A stretch of DNA of 64,000 nt from an uncultured Candidatus Saccharibacteria bacterium (GCA_965230955.1 OZ246404.1:289184-353183), one strand, 5' to 3'. Counted from the first letter of the stretch, positions 20,471-30,429 are shown. Notes: generated by a model from the sequence alone, not told the origin. Numbers and translations are program-made.

Positions 20471-20794
20471 TTATTTCCGGTGCATTTCTTTGGCGGGGAT
20501 AAACCGAAGAGGTTCTGATCCGAGCAGATGCGGTTCGCAGTCAACTCCTATGTCGTTGTCGGCGAGTGCATCGATGATGAGGCGGATCGTTTCATAATCA
20601 TAGGAGCAGACGAGGATAAACGGTTTTTTTTGCGCGGTTCCGTCACAGGATTCGGTTATACATCCTGGGGACGTGAAAAAAGTGGTGATTGCATCTTTTT
20701 CAAGCTTGAGATCCCGCATTACTCGATTGATGCAGGGTTTCAGCTTTTCCTCGTACATGCTCCATTCAAATCCGAAAATCATGATATTGTGCAT
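20471..20794 (-). CDS. Hypothetical protein
   Basis: AAAGGAGG upstream; spacing favours ATG 20794 over 20800. Confidence 0.55.
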   Translation of the reverse strand: MHNIMIFGFEWSMYEEKLKPCINRVMRDLKLEKDAITTFFTSPGCITESCDGTAQKKPFILVCSYDYETIRLIIDALADNDIGVDCEPHLLGSEPLRFIPAKEMHRK

Positions 20795-21040
20795 GGTCAT
20801 TCCTCCTTTCCTTAGATGGGTTGACCAAGACCTGTGAATTTATCATGAATTGTTTTTTTTTGTCAAACCTAGCCTCTGCTGTTGTTTTATGGAGAGTGTA
20901 GGCAGTAGGATGATGAGTTTTTGGCTGATCAATCGTTTCTTTTTGAGTATCCACAACTAAAAAACAAAAATTAATTAATATTGGCTTATATTAGCCGATA
21001 TTTTTTATTGGTCACTCTATTTGACATGGTTGACAGGTGG

Positions 21041-21111
21041 TTGAGTTTAACATCTCAGTGGTGTATAATGGATTGTAGAGGGGAATAGTGGATAAAAGTG
21101 GGGAAAAGCAG
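21041..21111 (+). promoter_or_regulatory. dcw promoter with 10-bp-phased AGTGG-like MraZ boxes
   Basis: TTGAGT-N17-TATAAT (21041-21069); AGTGG 21057, AATGG 21067, AGAGG 21077, AGTGG 21087, AGTGG 21097. Confidence 0.7.
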
Positions 21112-21212
21112 GCCTTTCTGTGGATAACCTCAAGAGAAATGTCCAATTTCCAGTATCTGGAGATTGGGTGTCGGTCAGTATTAATTATCTAGAAATCGGT
21201 AATTCTTTACTT

Positions 21213-21644
21213 ATGTTTATCGGCGAGTATACACATTCAGTCGATCAAAAAGGCCGGATTGCTGTTCCGGCAAAATTTCGTTTGGAATTGACCCGCGGGG
21301 CGGTAATTACTCGCGGCTTGGATAATTGTCTTTTTATTTATACCAAAAAAGAGTGGCAAAAACTGGCGGAGAAAATGACCGCTATGCCGATCGGGCAAAA
21401 AAACTCTCGCGCTTTTGCGCGTTTGATGCTGGCCGGAGCGATGGATGTTGAGTTGGATGTTCAGGGGCGAGTCGTGATTCCGGAATATTTGCGGCAGTTC
21501 GCGACCATTCAGAAGCAAGCGGTTGTGGCCGGTTTATATAATCGCATTGAAATTTGGGATCTGGCGAAATGGCAAGCTTATAAAGCGGCTACCGAAAAAA
21601 ACAGTGAAGATATCGCCGAACGAATGGGAGAATTGGGAGTCTAA
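21213..21644 (+). CDS. mraZ: Division/cell wall cluster regulator MraZ
   Basis: MFIGEY..SVDQKGR, DVQGR, NRIEIW. Confidence 0.95.
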   Translation: MFIGEYTHSVDQKGRIAVPAKFRLELTRGAVITRGLDNCLFIYTKKEWQKLAEKMTAMPIGQKNSRAFARLMLAGAMDVELDVQGRVVIPEYLRQFATIQKQAVVAGLYNRIEIWDLAKWQAYKAATEKNSEDIAERMGELGV

Positions 21645-21722
21645 AATTTTAGATTCAGAGTGCAAAATTAAATCGGTATTCTTTGTGATTCTGCATTTTG
21701 AATTCTGAATTTGAATCACTTT

Positions 21723-22655
21723 ATGTCGCAACATATTCCGGTCCTATTGCGTGAAGCGATTGCTTTCCTTGATCTTACGGGAGGGGAGCGAATCATTGAT
21801 GCGAATGTCGGATTGGGCGGTCATGCTCAAGTCGTTCTGGAAAAGATCGGTAAGCACGGGCAGTTTCTCGGAATTGATCGCGATGCAGAAGCTCTGCGGG
21901 AGGCTCGGCAAAATCTTTCCGCTTATGGCGAGCAAGTGACCCTGGTTCACGACACGTTCAGCCATTTGAGTGAAATCGCTTTGAGTCATAATTTCGGCGA
22001 TGTTGATGGCATTTTGTTTGATCTGGGACTGTCCAGTTGGCAATTGGGTAGCTATAAACGAGGATTCAGTTTTCAACGGGACGAATTGCTCGATATGCGT
22101 ATGGATCAGAGCCGAGGTTTGACTGCCGCTGAATTGCTCCATGCTTCAACCGAATCGGAATTGGTACGGATATTTCGCGAATTCGGCGAAGAACCTTTCG
22201 CCCGCCAGATTGCCGGTGCCATTGTATTCCGGGAAAAGAAAGAACGTCTGAATCGGACGGGGGAGCTGGTCGAGGTGATTATGTCGGCCGTGCCGAAAAA
22301 ATTTCATCACGGAAGAATTCATCCGGCGACCAGAGTTTTTCAGGCCTTGCGCATCGCGGTCAATGATGAACTGAATGAATTGAAAAAGGTTTTACCACAG
22401 GCGCTGACGATACTCAGGCCCAAAGGGCGGCTGGTGGTAATATCCTTTCACTCGCTGGAAGATAGAATCGTCAAAGATTTTTTCAAGCAGGAGTCAAAAG
22501 ATTGTATCTGCCCGCCGGAATTGCCGGTTTGTCGCTGTAATCATCGGGCGCGACTGACAATTCTGACGAAAAAGCCCATAACGCCAACCCAAGAAGAATT
22601 ATCTAATAATCCGCGTGCGCGCAGCGCTAAGCTGCGAGCCGTCCAAAAAAAATAA
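21723..22655 (+). CDS. rsmH: 16S rRNA C1402 N4-methyltransferase
   Basis: HIPVL, DLGLSS, HPATRVFQALRI, SFHSLEDR, NPRARSAKLR. Confidence 0.95.
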   Translation: MSQHIPVLLREAIAFLDLTGGERIIDANVGLGGHAQVVLEKIGKHGQFLGIDRDAEALREARQNLSAYGEQVTLVHDTFSHLSEIALSHNFGDVDGILFDLGLSSWQLGSYKRGFSFQRDELLDMRMDQSRGLTAAELLHASTESELVRIFREFGEEPFARQIAGAIVFREKKERLNRTGELVEVIMSAVPKKFHHGRIHPATRVFQALRIAVNDELNELKKVLPQALTILRPKGRLVVISFHSLEDRIVKDFFKQESKDCICPPELPVCRCNHRARLTILTKKPITPTQEELSNNPRARSAKLRAVQKK

Positions 22656-22662
22656 CAAAAAT

Positions 22663-23022
22663 ATGGCTCATTATCTGACCTTGACTTCAAATTTCAGCAC
22701 CGGCCTGGGTCGGCGCAAAAAAACAGTCCGCCGCAATTTACAAGCCGGTCCGGTGACCATGGGCTATGTCGTCGTTTTTATGATCGCATTGCTTTGCTTT
22801 TTCTATCTGTTTCAAGTGGTTTTTGTATCCACGGCCGGTTATGAAACTTCTGAAATGGCCGCTGACATAAAAGAACTGGAAAAATCAAACAGCCGGATCC
22901 AATTGGAAATAAACGAGGCTCAGTCATTGCAGAAAATTCAAGCCGGAATCGATCAGGCCAGCCTGGTTCCGATTGAAAAAGTGAAATTTGTTGCGGCCGA
23001 CGGTTCAATCGCCAGTCGCTAG
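22663..23022 (+). CDS. ftsL: Probable FtsL-like cell division protein
   Basis: TM plus coiled coil, between rsmH and ftsI. Confidence 0.6.
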   Translation: MAHYLTLTSNFSTGLGRRKKTVRRNLQAGPVTMGYVVVFMIALLCFFYLFQVVFVSTAGYETSEMAADIKELEKSNSRIQLEINEAQSLQKIQAGIDQASLVPIEKVKFVAADGSIASR

Positions 23023-23055
23023 CGATAATGCCTAGATACTTTAAGTATGTTAAAA

Positions 23056-23124
23056 TGGAGCCGGTCACGCTAACGTGACACTGTGCTCTCTCCGGCGAGT
23101 AGCCGAGGAGGCGAGGCGGCTCTA
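23056..23124 (+). ncRNA. Candidate structured leader RNA upstream of ftsI
   Basis: GAGCCG/CGGCTC closing stem enclosing GTCACG-CTAA-CGTGAC and a CTCC/GGC-GAGTA-GCC/GGAG hairpin. Confidence 0.35.
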
Positions 23125-23134
23125 TTTTATTTAG

Positions 23135-24880
23135 ATGATCAAAAGAAGATCTGCCGCAAAATTATTTGCCAATTTTGACCGTTCCCTGATTTTGTTGGGT
23201 ATTGTTTTTATTGTGGCGATAATTATGCTGGTTCGTTTATTTAATATCCAAATTCTGGCGGCGCCTCATTATCAGGCGCTGGCCAAGGATCAGCACGAGC
23301 TGTATGAAGAACTCGTCCCGCAACGGGGTAGTATTCTGGTGGAGGATTCTTCTTCGCCGACGGGAACTTTTACTTTGGCGGCCAATAAGGATCTTTATTT
23401 GGTTTATGCCGTGCCTCGAGAAATCGAAGACGCCACAGACGTGGCTCGGCAATTGCACGAAATTATTCAGTTGGAACCGCAGGAAATAATCGACAAAATC
23501 GGGACGGATAAAGACGATCCTTATCAACCTATTGCGCGCAAGCTGGATAAAGGACAGGCTGATCGGGTTCGGGAATTGAATCTGAAGGGTTTGCGGCTAC
23601 AATCGGAAGATGTCCGGTTTTATCCCAATAGCACTTTGGCCAGCCATGTCTTGGGCTACGTGGGCTATGACATGAATAATAAATTGGGCGGAGTCACCGG
23701 TCTGGAAAAATATTATGAAGAAGAATTATCGGGACAACGCGGCGAATTGTTGGCGGAAAAAGACGCTCGCGGCCAGTGGTTGCCGGTCGGCGACAAAACC
23801 ATGGAGCGGGCGACCGACGGTTCCGATTTGGTTTTGACGCTGGACCGTACGATTCAATTCAAGGCGGAAGAAATGATCAAGCGGGCGGTCGAAGATCACG
23901 GCGCGGATAATGGCACGGTGATTGCCATGAATCCCAAAACCGGCGAAATAATCGCCATGGCGAATTATCCGGATTTTGATCCGAACGCTTATCAGCAAGT
24001 GGAAGATATAAGCGTTTTCAACAACTCGGCTGTATTTGATCGCTATGAACCGGGTTCCACCTTCAAGGTTTTGCAAGTGGCCGCGGGAATCGACGCGAAT
24101 AAAATCAGTCCGGAAACGACCTTCAATGATAGCGGTTCCATCAAGGTGGGGAGCTATACCATTTACAATTTTGAAAATCGATCCTATGGAAATTTAACGG
24201 TAACGCAGGCTATCGAGAAGTCGGACAACGTTGTCATGACTCAGATCGCCCAATTGCTGGGGCCGGATTTGATCAATCATTATTTCGACCAATTCGGATT
24301 GCGGAAGTTGACCGGGATCGATACGTCCAAAGAAACGGAGAATTACATTAAACCGGCCAAAGAGTGGAAAGATATTGATGTGGCCACTTCGGGATTCGGG
24401 CAGGGTGTCACGATTACTCCGATCCAATTGGTGGCGGCCGTTGCATCTTTGGTAAATAATGGTAAAATGATGCAACCTCATCTGGTGAAGGAGATTCGCC
24501 ATCCAGATGGGACGATCGAAAAAATCGACCCCAAATTCGTGCAACAGACGGTTCAGGGGAAAACAGCGGCCGCTTTGGTCGCGATTATGCGCAGCTCGGT
24601 CAAGAACGGTTTTGCCAAACCGGCGGAAGTGACGGGGTATGAAATTGCCGGAAAGACCGGGACGGCTCAGGTGGCTTCCAGTGATCAAAAAGGCTACGAC
24701 GCCAATAAAAAAATCGTATCCTTTATTGGCTTTCCTTCCGGCGATCCGGAGTTTGTCATGCTGGTAAAAGTTGATAATCCCAAAGGTGCGGAAGAGGCCG
24801 GCGTGACGGTGGCGGCTCCGCTTTTCCGAGATTTATCTAAATTTATTTTTTCTTATCGCGGCATCCCCCCAACTGAATAA
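23135..24880 (+). CDS. ftsI: Class B penicillin-binding protein (FtsI/PBP2 family)
   Basis: RG.I, RFYP, EPGSTFK (SxxK), SDN (SxN), KTGT. Confidence 0.9.
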   Translation: MIKRRSAAKLFANFDRSLILLGIVFIVAIIMLVRLFNIQILAAPHYQALAKDQHELYEELVPQRGSILVEDSSSPTGTFTLAANKDLYLVYAVPREIEDATDVARQLHEIIQLEPQEIIDKIGTDKDDPYQPIARKLDKGQADRVRELNLKGLRLQSEDVRFYPNSTLASHVLGYVGYDMNNKLGGVTGLEKYYEEELSGQRGELLAEKDARGQWLPVGDKTMERATDGSDLVLTLDRTIQFKAEEMIKRAVEDHGADNGTVIAMNPKTGEIIAMANYPDFDPNAYQQVEDISVFNNSAVFDRYEPGSTFKVLQVAAGIDANKISPETTFNDSGSIKVGSYTIYNFENRSYGNLTVTQAIEKSDNVVMTQIAQLLGPDLINHYFDQFGLRKLTGIDTSKETENYIKPAKEWKDIDVATSGFGQGVTITPIQLVAAVASLVNNGKMMQPHLVKEIRHPDGTIEKIDPKFVQQTVQGKTAAALVAIMRSSVKNGFAKPAEVTGYEIAGKTGTAQVASSDQKGYDANKKIVSFIGFPSGDPEFVMLVKVDNPKGAEEAGVTVAAPLFRDLSKFIFSYRGIPPTE

Positions 24881-24974
24881 GATATAAGAAATAAGATGTA
24901 AGATTTAAGAAAAAGTATTTTCTTATATCTTAACTCTTATATCTTAATTCTTACATCTTACATCTTACATCTTA
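24878..24974. repeat. TAAGATR/YATCTTA heptamer inverted array
   Basis: TAAGATA TAAGAAA TAAGATG TAAGATT ... CATCTTA x3; fills the ftsI-murF gap. Confidence 0.85.
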
Positions 24975-24976
24975 AT

Positions 24977-26281
24977 ATGCCTGTTCTGAAACGAACAATT
25001 GAAAAGGTCTTGAAATTCTATGCCCGGGCTGTCATTAAACGACGGCAGCCTTTAGTTGTGGGCGTGACAGGCAGTATAGGTAAGACCAGCACGAAAGAGG
25101 CGATCGCGTTGGTGCTGGCCAGCCGTTGGTCCGTGCGCCAGAGTCAGAAAAATTATAATAATGAATTGGGCGTGCCGCTGACCATTTTGGGACTGGATAC
25201 GGGCGGTCGAAGCGCGGGAGCCTGGTTAAGGATACTCACGGTCGGATTTTTCCGGGCCTTGTTTGGTACCGGCAAATATCCCCAGGTCTTAGTCCTGGAA
25301 TTGGGGATCGATCGTCCGGGCGATATGGATCCGCTGCTGTTTATGTCGAAGCCGGCGATCGGCGTCATCACTACCATTGGTCCCACCCATTTGGAATTTT
25401 TCGATAGCATCAATGAAATCGCCAAGGAAAAAGGCAAACTGGTGCGCTCTCTGAATCACGGCGGTTTCGCGGTGCTGAATTTTGACGATCAGCGCGTCAG
25501 TGATTTGGCCAATACCGTTACGGCGGAAGTATTGACTTATGGATTTCAAAAAGGAGCGGCGGTTCGCGGCTTAGTTACTCCGGCTGGCATGAGTTTGGAT
25601 AGCGACCATTGGCTGGATAGCCCGGCGAGCGGAAGAACGGGTTTGAGCCTAAAAATTTCCTACCGCGGCAATATTGTGCCCGTCCGTCTGCCGTCGGTCG
25701 GGTTGCCTCAGGCCTACGCGGCTCTGGCAGCGGCGGCGGTGGGTTTGTCTCAGAAGATGAATTTGATTGAAATCGCCAATGCTTTGCACCGATGTTGTTC
25801 TTTGCCCGGACGTATGAATCTGATAGAAGGAATAAAGAAAACACTGATTGTGGATGATTCATATAATTCAGCCCCGGTTTCAGCCATTTCCGCGCTGTCT
25901 TATCTCCAGAGCATGAAAGGCAGCGGGCGCAAAATCGCGGTTTTGGGCGATATGCTGGAATTGGGAATTTATACCGAAGAGGGACATCGCGAGGTGGGGA
26001 CGCGCGCGGCCGAGGCGGTTGATATTTTGGTGACTGTCGGTCGACGAGCGAAATTCATGGCTGAGGCGGCTCGCACGGCCGGGATCTCCATGGCGAAGGA
26101 ATTTGACAGTTATCAGGAAGTCGGTAAATACTTAGAAAGTATTTTGCATCCCTATGACATGGTGTTAATCAAGGCGTCGCAGGGAATTCGTCTGGAAAAA
26201 GTGGTAAAAGAGATTATGGCTCGACCCCAAGACGCGGAAAAATTGTTGGTCCGGCAGGGGAAGAGATGGCAGGAAATATAG
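24977..26281 (+). CDS. murF: UDP-MurNAc-tripeptide--D-Ala-D-Ala ligase
   Basis: VTGSIGKTSTKE, NNELGVP, DDSYNS, LGDMLELG, KASQG. Confidence 0.93.
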   Translation: MPVLKRTIEKVLKFYARAVIKRRQPLVVGVTGSIGKTSTKEAIALVLASRWSVRQSQKNYNNELGVPLTILGLDTGGRSAGAWLRILTVGFFRALFGTGKYPQVLVLELGIDRPGDMDPLLFMSKPAIGVITTIGPTHLEFFDSINEIAKEKGKLVRSLNHGGFAVLNFDDQRVSDLANTVTAEVLTYGFQKGAAVRGLVTPAGMSLDSDHWLDSPASGRTGLSLKISYRGNIVPVRLPSVGLPQAYAALAAAAVGLSQKMNLIEIANALHRCCSLPGRMNLIEGIKKTLIVDDSYNSAPVSAISALSYLQSMKGSGRKIAVLGDMLELGIYTEEGHREVGTRAAEAVDILVTVGRRAKFMAEAARTAGISMAKEFDSYQEVGKYLESILHPYDMVLIKASQGIRLEKVVKEIMARPQDAEKLLVRQGKRWQEI

Positions 26282-26333
26282 TCGCTGGTCATTAGTCGTT
26301 AGTCTTTAGCCAACGACTAATGACTAAAGACTA
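26279..26333. repeat. TAGTCNT/ANGACTA heptamer inverted array
   Basis: TAGTCGC TGGTCAT TAGTCGT TAGTCTT ... ACGACTA ATGACTA AAGACTA. Confidence 0.8.
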
Positions 26334-26339
26334 TTTTAT

Positions 26340-26415
26340 GGCGCCATCGTCTAGTGGTCTAGGACACTGCCCTCTCACGGCAGGAACCTGGGTTCAAATC
26401 CCAGTGGCGCTACCA
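26340..26415 (+). tRNA. tRNA-Glu(CTC)
   Basis: Cloverleaf, loop CTCTCAC, GTTCAAATC, encoded CCA. Confidence 0.95.
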
Positions 26416-26497
26416 ACGAATTTTGCTTCTCTTGGGAAGCAAAAAAGACAGTAAAAGATGATAAATCGCATAAATAAGTAAAATTAGCTGTGGATAT

Positions 26498-26998
26498 ATG
26501 ACAATTAAGAAAAAAGTACAATATATTGAGGGCTTAATTTCTGGTTGTCAGCGGAATGATTGCCAGGATACTTGTTGTGATGACGATCAGGTGGAAGAAT
26601 GGGTAAATGAATATTTTGCATTTCACGAAAGAATGAAAGATCATTTGACGTCACTAGGGATAAAGATTGAGTTCATTGGAGATAGAGTCCGTTTTAAAAA
26701 CTGCACAGATGGCAAAAGATGTAAACTCTTAAAACACTCTCTAAACAAAGATGTTGATCCGCGCCCCATCGATTGCAAAATATTTCCTTTTGTCGTGGAT
26801 TGGGATTCGATAGACTTTGATAGGAAAATAGTAGATTTATATTATTGGGATGATTCTTGTCCCTTGGTTAAGGAAAATAAAATTCCTGGTGATTTTCTGA
26901 AAGAAGTAGAGAATATAATAAAGCGGGACTTTGCTGTGCTATTTTACGGAGCGAGGTTTGCAGTCAGATTTAAAGATAAACCGACTGCCACAGCCTGA
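26498..26998 (+). CDS. Cys-rich hypothetical protein (YkgJ-like)
   Basis: CxxxxCxxxCC and 'RPIDCKIFPF'; AT-rich. Confidence 0.55.
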   Translation: MTIKKKVQYIEGLISGCQRNDCQDTCCDDDQVEEWVNEYFAFHERMKDHLTSLGIKIEFIGDRVRFKNCTDGKRCKLLKHSLNKDVDPRPIDCKIFPFVVDWDSIDFDRKIVDLYYWDDSCPLVKENKIPGDFLKEVENIIKRDFAVLFYGARFAVRFKDKPTATA

Positions 26999-27142
26999 TT
27001 ATCTGTGAAGGATGGGAATATGGAAATCACCATCCAATTCCCTGGAAAAGGTTCCGATTATGTCTACTGTGGCCTACCAAGTTACTTTCTTTTGGTTGGA
27101 ATTAAATTACCAGGCCAAATCACGAAAAAATAATAGCCATTT

Positions 27143-27397
27143 ATGGAACTTATAGACATAGTGGGTTATTGCGCCGGAATTCTGGTTGTCATATCCTTAC
27201 TTCCGCAGACGATTAAAAGTTGGCGGACAAAATCAACAAAAGATTTATCTTATTGGAGATATATTATTTATGTCGTTGGGTTGGTCTTATGGATTACATA
27301 TGCAATCATAATTCATAACGGACCTGTGGCGGTAATGAATAGTGCCGGGTTGGTTCTTGCTGTTTCGATTCTTATGCTCAAGATAAAATACGGATAA
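27143..27397 (+). CDS. SemiSWEET (PQ-loop) transporter
   Basis: 'LPQTIKSWRTKSTKDLS', three TM helices. Confidence 0.9.
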   Translation: MELIDIVGYCAGILVVISLLPQTIKSWRTKSTKDLSYWRYIIYVVGLVLWITYAIIIHNGPVAVMNSAGLVLAVSILMLKIKYG

Positions 27398-27489
27398 TTC
27401 ATTTTGTCACATTATCTTGTTCCTGAGTAACGTCTGTGTAACAAGTTTTTGAACTATTTCGGCCTCAAGAATATTTAAATATCAAATTT

Positions 27490-27735
27490 ATGGTCATGGA
27501 ACTTAAGGGTAACGAGCTATATAATCTAAAAGTCCCGGCCGGAAAACATACCTATTTTTTTGATGTTAGAAAATCAGAGAGCGGCAATTATATCGTGATT
27601 ACCGAGACGCGGCGGGATGGTAAAAAATTTATCCATGACAGAATAACGGTCTTCGACGACCAACTTGATAATTTTGTCAAAGGCTTGGAGGAGGTAAAGA
27701 AATTTCTCCGAGGGAAACAGATTAAATATAGCTAG
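27490..27735 (+). CDS. DUF3276/PUR-like nucleic acid-binding protein
   Basis: 'AGKHTYFFDVR...YIVITE'. Confidence 0.75.
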   Translation: MVMELKGNELYNLKVPAGKHTYFFDVRKSESGNYIVITETRRDGKKFIHDRITVFDDQLDNFVKGLEEVKKFLRGKQIKYS

Positions 27736-27871
27736 AACGCAATTTCTATAACTTCTTTGGTTGAAAAAGATTGAATCGTTTTGGGGTTTATTCTGAAATT
27801 CAATCGAATAGTTTTTGAGAAATCGTGGTTGATAGGTAGAAGCCATTTAAGCGCCTAAAGCGTTTTTTATT

Positions 27872-28954
27872 ATGTCGGATAATTTACCGGGACTTACTCA
27901 AATTTTGAAACAGATGTTTCGGCTATGGAGCCGAACCGGCTGGTCCGCCAAATGGCGGCTGGTCGTTTTGGGCTGGCATTTAAAACAAACGGAAAAACGG
28001 CGCCGTCAGCTCTGGCTGGAAAAAAAGCTTTTGGTCCCGATGGGTCTGGGTTTAAGCCCGACGATGAAATGCGATCTGGCTTGCCAAGGTTGTTACGCGC
28101 GTAACTATCCCCGTGGTCGGGAATTACCTCTGGCGGTTTGGAATCGGTTTCTCGGACAAGCCGTGGACTCCGGTGTTTTTTTCTTCGTGGTGACCGGGGG
28201 AGAGCCGCTCGAGCGTCCGGAGATTTTAAATTTGTTCGAAAATTATCCTTCGGCCTTGTTTTTACTGGTGACCAATGGCTTGAAAATAGATGAAACACTG
28301 GCATGCCGCCTGGCGCGTTTGGGGAATGTTATGCCGATGGTGAGTGTCGAGGGGTTTGAACCGGAGACTGATCAGCGCCGCGGGAAAGGAATGTATCGCA
28401 ATATCTTGAAGACATTGGAAATACTCAAGAAACAAAAAATATTGTTTGGGTTTTCCGCCACGGTGACCAAAAATAATGCGGCTGTTTTGGGGAGTGACCG
28501 ATTCATTGACGAAATGATTGACCGGGGCTGCACGGCCGGCTTCTATAATGATCTCATTCCCGTCCAAGCGGAAGATTTTTCTCTGCTTCCCGATAAATCC
28601 GCGGCGGAAAATTTCCGGTGGAACCTGAAAAATTGGCGTCAGCGGAAGCCGATTCTTTTGGTTCATTTACCGGATGATGAATATGATGAACAGGGCTTTT
28701 GCCGAGCGGTCCGTAGCGGAGCGATGCACGTCAATGCCCAAGGATTTGTTGAGCCTTGTCCTTTTGCCCATGTGGCACGGGAGAATATCAGCGACTGCTC
28801 TTTTGAACAGATTCTCGGCTCTCCTTTTTTGACGGCGATTCGTCAGCATCCGACAATGCTCAAGCAGGGCGATGTCGGTTGCGCGCTGGTGAGCAATCGA
28901 GCTGAACTGAATCTGCTGATGAAAAAACATCAGGCTCAGCCGACCGAGAAGTAA
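27872..28954 (+). CDS. Radical SAM protein with SPASM/twitch domain
   Basis: CDLACQGCYA, TGGEP, TNG, TDQRRG, 'HVNAQGFVEPCPF'. Confidence 0.9.
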   Translation: MSDNLPGLTQILKQMFRLWSRTGWSAKWRLVVLGWHLKQTEKRRRQLWLEKKLLVPMGLGLSPTMKCDLACQGCYARNYPRGRELPLAVWNRFLGQAVDSGVFFFVVTGGEPLERPEILNLFENYPSALFLLVTNGLKIDETLACRLARLGNVMPMVSVEGFEPETDQRRGKGMYRNILKTLEILKKQKILFGFSATVTKNNAAVLGSDRFIDEMIDRGCTAGFYNDLIPVQAEDFSLLPDKSAAENFRWNLKNWRQRKPILLVHLPDDEYDEQGFCRAVRSGAMHVNAQGFVEPCPFAHVARENISDCSFEQILGSPFLTAIRQHPTMLKQGDVGCALVSNRAELNLLMKKHQAQPTEK

Positions 28955-29000
28955 AATTTTGCTAAATCGGCCGGATTTGATATATACTAGCTATTGTCTT

Positions 29001-30035
29001 ATGAATAAATTACTACTGATTGTAATTGTCTGTTTGATTATCGGCATAGCCGTTGTTTGGTGGTGGGGACGCAGTCCTTCCCCGGCGGCTGATATTTTGG
29101 ACGTGGGGCAAGAGTTGGTGGCCGATAATCAGGATCAAAGCTTCAAAAAAGAACCGGCAGTGCCAATTGTTTCCAAGGAGCCGGTTACTCTGCTGGCGGT
29201 CGGCGATGTGATGCTTTCTCGGCATGTCTGGACCAAGATCAAAGAGCACGGGGGAGATCCGCGTTATCCTTTTGTGGAAACGGCTCAATTTACCAAATCC
29301 GCGGATATTACTTTTGGAAATGTGGAAACGGCGGTTTCCGATCTATCCGCTCCGCCGGCCGAAGGGATGAGTTTCATCACTCCGACCAAGGCGATTGAGG
29401 GTCTCAAATATGCCGGGTTTGATATCGTGTCGCTGGCGAATAATCACTCGCTCAATTTCGGACGTGAAGCCCTGCTGGATAGCGTCAATCAATTGGCCGA
29501 CCAGGGAATCAAGTCCGCCGGCGCCGGCGAAAACATCGAATCGGCGCACGCCCCGGCGATTTTGGAAGTGAAGGGAAACAAAATAGCGTTCTTGGCTTAT
29601 CAGAATGTCGGTCCGGAAGACGCCTGGGCCGCCACGGCGACCAAAACTGGTCTAGCGTGGATGAATATTCCACAACTGCAACAAGATATTAAGGCGATTC
29701 GCGACCAGGTCGATTATGTCATCGTTTCGATGCATGCCGGCACTGAGTATGTCTTTGACCCGATTGCTTCGCAAAAAGAATTTGCTCATGCGGCAGTTGA
29801 CTCCGGGGCCGATTTAGTCATCGGTCATCATCCTCATGTGATTCAGGACAAAGAGATCTACAAAGACAAACAGATTATTTATAGTCTGGGCAACTTTGTT
29901 TTCGACCAGATGTGGTCGGAAGAAACCCGATTGGGTGAAGTCATGACGGCCACTCTCGATAACGGGAAGATTGAGGATATTAATTTTAAAACAGTTAAAA
30001 TCTTTGATTATTGCCAGCCGAAGCTTATTGATTAG
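29001..30035 (+). CDS. CapA-family metallophosphoesterase-fold protein
   Basis: GDVML, GNVE, SLANNH, HAG.EY, GHHPH, YSLGNF. Confidence 0.9.
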   Translation: MNKLLLIVIVCLIIGIAVVWWWGRSPSPAADILDVGQELVADNQDQSFKKEPAVPIVSKEPVTLLAVGDVMLSRHVWTKIKEHGGDPRYPFVETAQFTKSADITFGNVETAVSDLSAPPAEGMSFITPTKAIEGLKYAGFDIVSLANNHSLNFGREALLDSVNQLADQGIKSAGAGENIESAHAPAILEVKGNKIAFLAYQNVGPEDAWAATATKTGLAWMNIPQLQQDIKAIRDQVDYVIVSMHAGTEYVFDPIASQKEFAHAAVDSGADLVIGHHPHVIQDKEIYKDKQIIYSLGNFVFDQMWSEETRLGEVMTATLDNGKIEDINFKTVKIFDYCQPKLID

Positions 30036-30100
30036 TCTTTGGTCTTTAGTCTTTAGCCATAAAAAAAAGGCCAAAGACCAAAGACTAGAGACCAAAGACC
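30033..30100. repeat. TAGTCTT/AAGACYA heptamer inverted array
   Basis: TAGTCTT TGGTCTT TAGTCTT ... AAAGACC AAAGACT AGAGACC AAAGACC. Confidence 0.85.
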
Positions 30101-30114
30101 TTAATCAAAACCCC

Positions 30115-30429
30115 ATGACCATTCTTACGAAGGACAACTTCGACCAAGAAGTACTTCAATCTAAAGTGCCCGTCTACGTCGATTTTTTCGCCACCTGGTG
30201 CGGCCCCTGCCGGGCTTTCGCGCCGATTTTTGAGGAATTCGCTCAGGAAATGGGCGATAAAATCAAAGCTTATAAATTTGATGTCGATTCCTCCCAGGAT
30301 TTGGCGGCTCGATATGAAGTTCAGACCATTCCGACTATCGTACTTTTTAAGCAAGGGAAGGTCGCCGAGAGAGTGATGGGCGTAAAATCGAAAGAAGAAC
30401 TGCGCGGTATGCTGGAGAAAGAGGAATAA
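30115..30429 (+). CDS. trxA: Thioredoxin
   Basis: WCGPC, IPT. Confidence 0.93.
   Translation: MTILTKDNFDQEVLQSKVPVYVDFFATWCGPCRAFAPIFEEFAQEMGDKIKAYKFDVDSSQDLAARYEVQTIPTIVLFKQGKVAERVMGVKSKEELRGMLEKEE

Noticed and set aside
20800-21130. Replication origin
   Set aside because: Only two or three dispersed DnaA boxes, no cluster, no dnaA/dnaN nearby.
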